A DNA stretch of 8,370 bases. Origin: Azolla caroliniana (lineage: Eukaryota > Plantae > Polypodiophyta). The notes under the pieces were generated by a model that was not told where the DNA came from, made no database searches, and saw only the letters and a program-made list of their open reading frames with translations. The position numbers and the translations under genes were made by a program. Below, in pieces: positions 6,367 to 8,370 of this stretch (the stretch's first letter is position 1; each line of letters starts with the position of its first letter). Where the stretch lies: NCBI GenBank assembly GCA_043228905.1, contig JBHGNT010001446.1, positions 1-8,370 of the forward strand, given 5' to 3'.

Positions 6367-8292
6367 ATGGATAGAGGCATGGTGAGCTCTCTTCCAACAG
6401 AGAAGCTCGATAGAACCAACTACGCGTCTTGGTCCTACAAGATGCACCAGTACCTGCTCGGGCACGGCTACTGGAGTTATGTCGAAGGAGCTAATGACGT
6501 GGCACCCGAATAGACACACAGAGACTTCCCGTCGTGGGAGCAATCGGCCAGCAGGGTATTATACTGATTCGCGTCGTGTGTGGGCGAACAACTATTGAGC
6601 TATGTTCGAGATGCAAAGACGTCGAAGGGTGCGTGGGAAAATCTGAAGAAGATTTTCGCCACAAGCACCATAGCCAAGAAGCTTCAGCTTCGACAAGAGT
6701 TGAGCAACCTACGACAACACGACTTGTTGGTAGCGGACTATACCTCGAAGATCAAGGATATCTGCGACTCCCTTGCCTCCATAGAGGTGAACATCGAGGA
6801 GAGCGAGATGGTCCAGATCTGTCTCAGAGGTTTGGCGTCGAAGTTCGGAGCGTTCCGAACGGCTGTGTGTACTCGGGAGAATACGCCGTCCTTTTCCGAC
6901 TTACAGTCGATGCTCCTGGTAGAGGAGAACCACGCGGGTGCGTCGACAAGCACGCACACCGATAGCAAGATGTTGTACACGGAGGGAGAAAGGCCCCGTG
7001 GTCGTGGCGGATGAGGCAAGTCGGTACGCAATGGAAGCGGCTAACGAGATCAAGGAAGAAGGCACCGAAGTGATGCCGACAGCAACTCCGGACCCTCCGG
7101 AAACAGGGGGAGTCGAAGCGATGAGAACCGGCAAGGGAAGGCCATCGCGGAGTGCTGGTACTATAGCAAGAAAGGCCACAGGGAAAGTGAGTGCTGGAAG
7201 AAGCGCGCCAATTCGGAGAGAACCGGTTCCGGAAACGGCTCCGGAAATACCGACAAGGGAAATCGGCAGCGATCGCACTACGCCGAAGACTCCGGGAGAG
7301 CCGGAGAAGGGTCTGCCTTCGTGACGAGACACGAAGCAAACTCAATGAAACAGACCACCCCGAGATCGGACGAGGTGTGGTACGTAGACTCCGGCACGTC
7401 AAACCACATGACGAGCCATAAGGAGTGGTTCTCGTACCTAGAAAAACCGATACAACCTGGAGTAGTCGCAACTGGACATGACACTCCGTATCCGATCACG
7501 AATGTCGGAGAAGTTCCCCTTAGCCATGTCGGGCAGAAAGGGAAACTCATGAACGTGTTGCACGTTCCGACAAGCACGAAGAACTTGGTCTCGGTCGGAC
7601 AAATCGTCGACCAAGGGATGGAGGTTCGGTTTACACACCTCGGGTGCTTCATTGAGGAAGAAGGGCGTGTGATTGCGCAAGGGCGCAGAGACGGGAGGAT
7701 GTTCATCCTCGACTCCACTGACGGCGGCACCGCAATGTTCGCGAAGGGACAAAAATCTGAGTTGGACATCGACTTGTGGCACAAGCGGATAGGCCACGTC
7801 AACTACCAGCGGCTTCAAGATCTGCAATTGAAATAGGTAGTGTTCGGATTGCCCAAATTTAGTGGCCGAAAGGCACAAATTTGTGAAGCCGGCCAGCTCG
7901 GGAAGCAACACCGACTTCCTTTCCCAAACGAGCGAAACCGGAGCCCAAACAAGCTCGACCTTATAAACTCCGATGTATGGGGGCCGACACAAAACATTAG
8001 TCTTGGCGGGAGCCGATATTTCGTTTCCTTCATCCACGACCACACGCGGCACACGTGGATCTACCTCATTGAGAGGAAGAGCGAAGTCTTCGACTGTTTC
8101 TGGGACCTCAAAGGGTTCGTGGAAACGGAAACGGGACGAAAGATCAAGTGCCTGCGGTCGGATGGCGGGAAAGAGTACTTTTCTGGTCAATTCAATGGTT
8201 ATCAACAACAAATGGGAATTCAACGCGAATTCAGTTGTAGATACACGCTGGAGCAGAACGGCGTGGCCGAGAGGAAGAATCGGTTAGTCGTA
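6367..8292 (+). pseudogene. gag-pol: Ty1/copia gag-pol polyprotein (gag, Zn knuckle, aspartic protease, GAG-pre-integrase, integrase core), inactivated
   Basis: Single frame +1 from ATG 6367 (MDRGMVSSLPTEKLDRTNYASWSYKMHQYLLGHGYWSYVEG). Contains a UBN2-type gag, a knuckle CWYYSKKGHRESEC (7153-7194), protease WYVDSGTSNHMT (D at 7387), LWHKRIGHVN, and integrase SDVWGP / LRSDGGKEY / EQNGVAERKNR. In-frame stops at 6511, 6565, 7012, 7042 and 7834. The order protease then integrase defines Copia. Confidence 0.96.
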
Positions 8293-8370
8293 CTTCCGGA
8301 TTCAGGGACTTGATGTACGCTATCCACCTGACCATGGCCAGGTCTGGCGTCGCGCATCCGGAAACCATGC

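Noticed and set aside
6738-8223. Long antisense and alternate-frame ORFs (215, 174 and 261 aa and others) over the Copia gag-pol
   Set aside because: They are shadow ORFs of GC-rich coding sequence with no recognisable motifs; all domains lie in frame +1.
6367-8313. Programmed stop-codon read-through or a domesticated gag-pol
   Set aside because: The five stops are of mixed type and scattered within domains, and both Zn motifs are damaged, consistent with ordinary pseudogenisation.

Overview
This is eukaryotic land-plant DNA; the element families suggest a non-seed plant such as a fern or lycophyte, which is an inference. The first 515 bp hold the last two coding exons of a Dpy-30-motif gene, split by a 207-bp GT-AG intron that the ORF track misses, followed by a microsatellite-rich 3' flank. 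From about 1600 to the end, the window is a stack of decayed LTR retrotransposons, in this order: (A) a minus-strand Copia RNase H end with PPT and 3' LTR (about 1598-2199); (B) a Tnt1/Tork-like Copia gag fragment (about 2312-2870); (C) a Gypsy-type LTR, tRNA-Trp PBS and gag (about 2895-4416); (D) a second Gypsy LTR, tRNA-Arg PBS and gag (4417-5618); (E) a probable minus-strand LTR fragment (5619-5859); (F) a younger Copia LTR, tRNA-iMet PBS and gag-protease-integrase (5860 to about 8292), which has premature stops and breaks off after the integrase core. Most ORFs in the supplied track are antisense or shadow ORFs. I found no convincing new biological system. The most notable items are the serial nesting with three different tRNA primers, the Trp-primed element, and several palindromic or regulatory structures.
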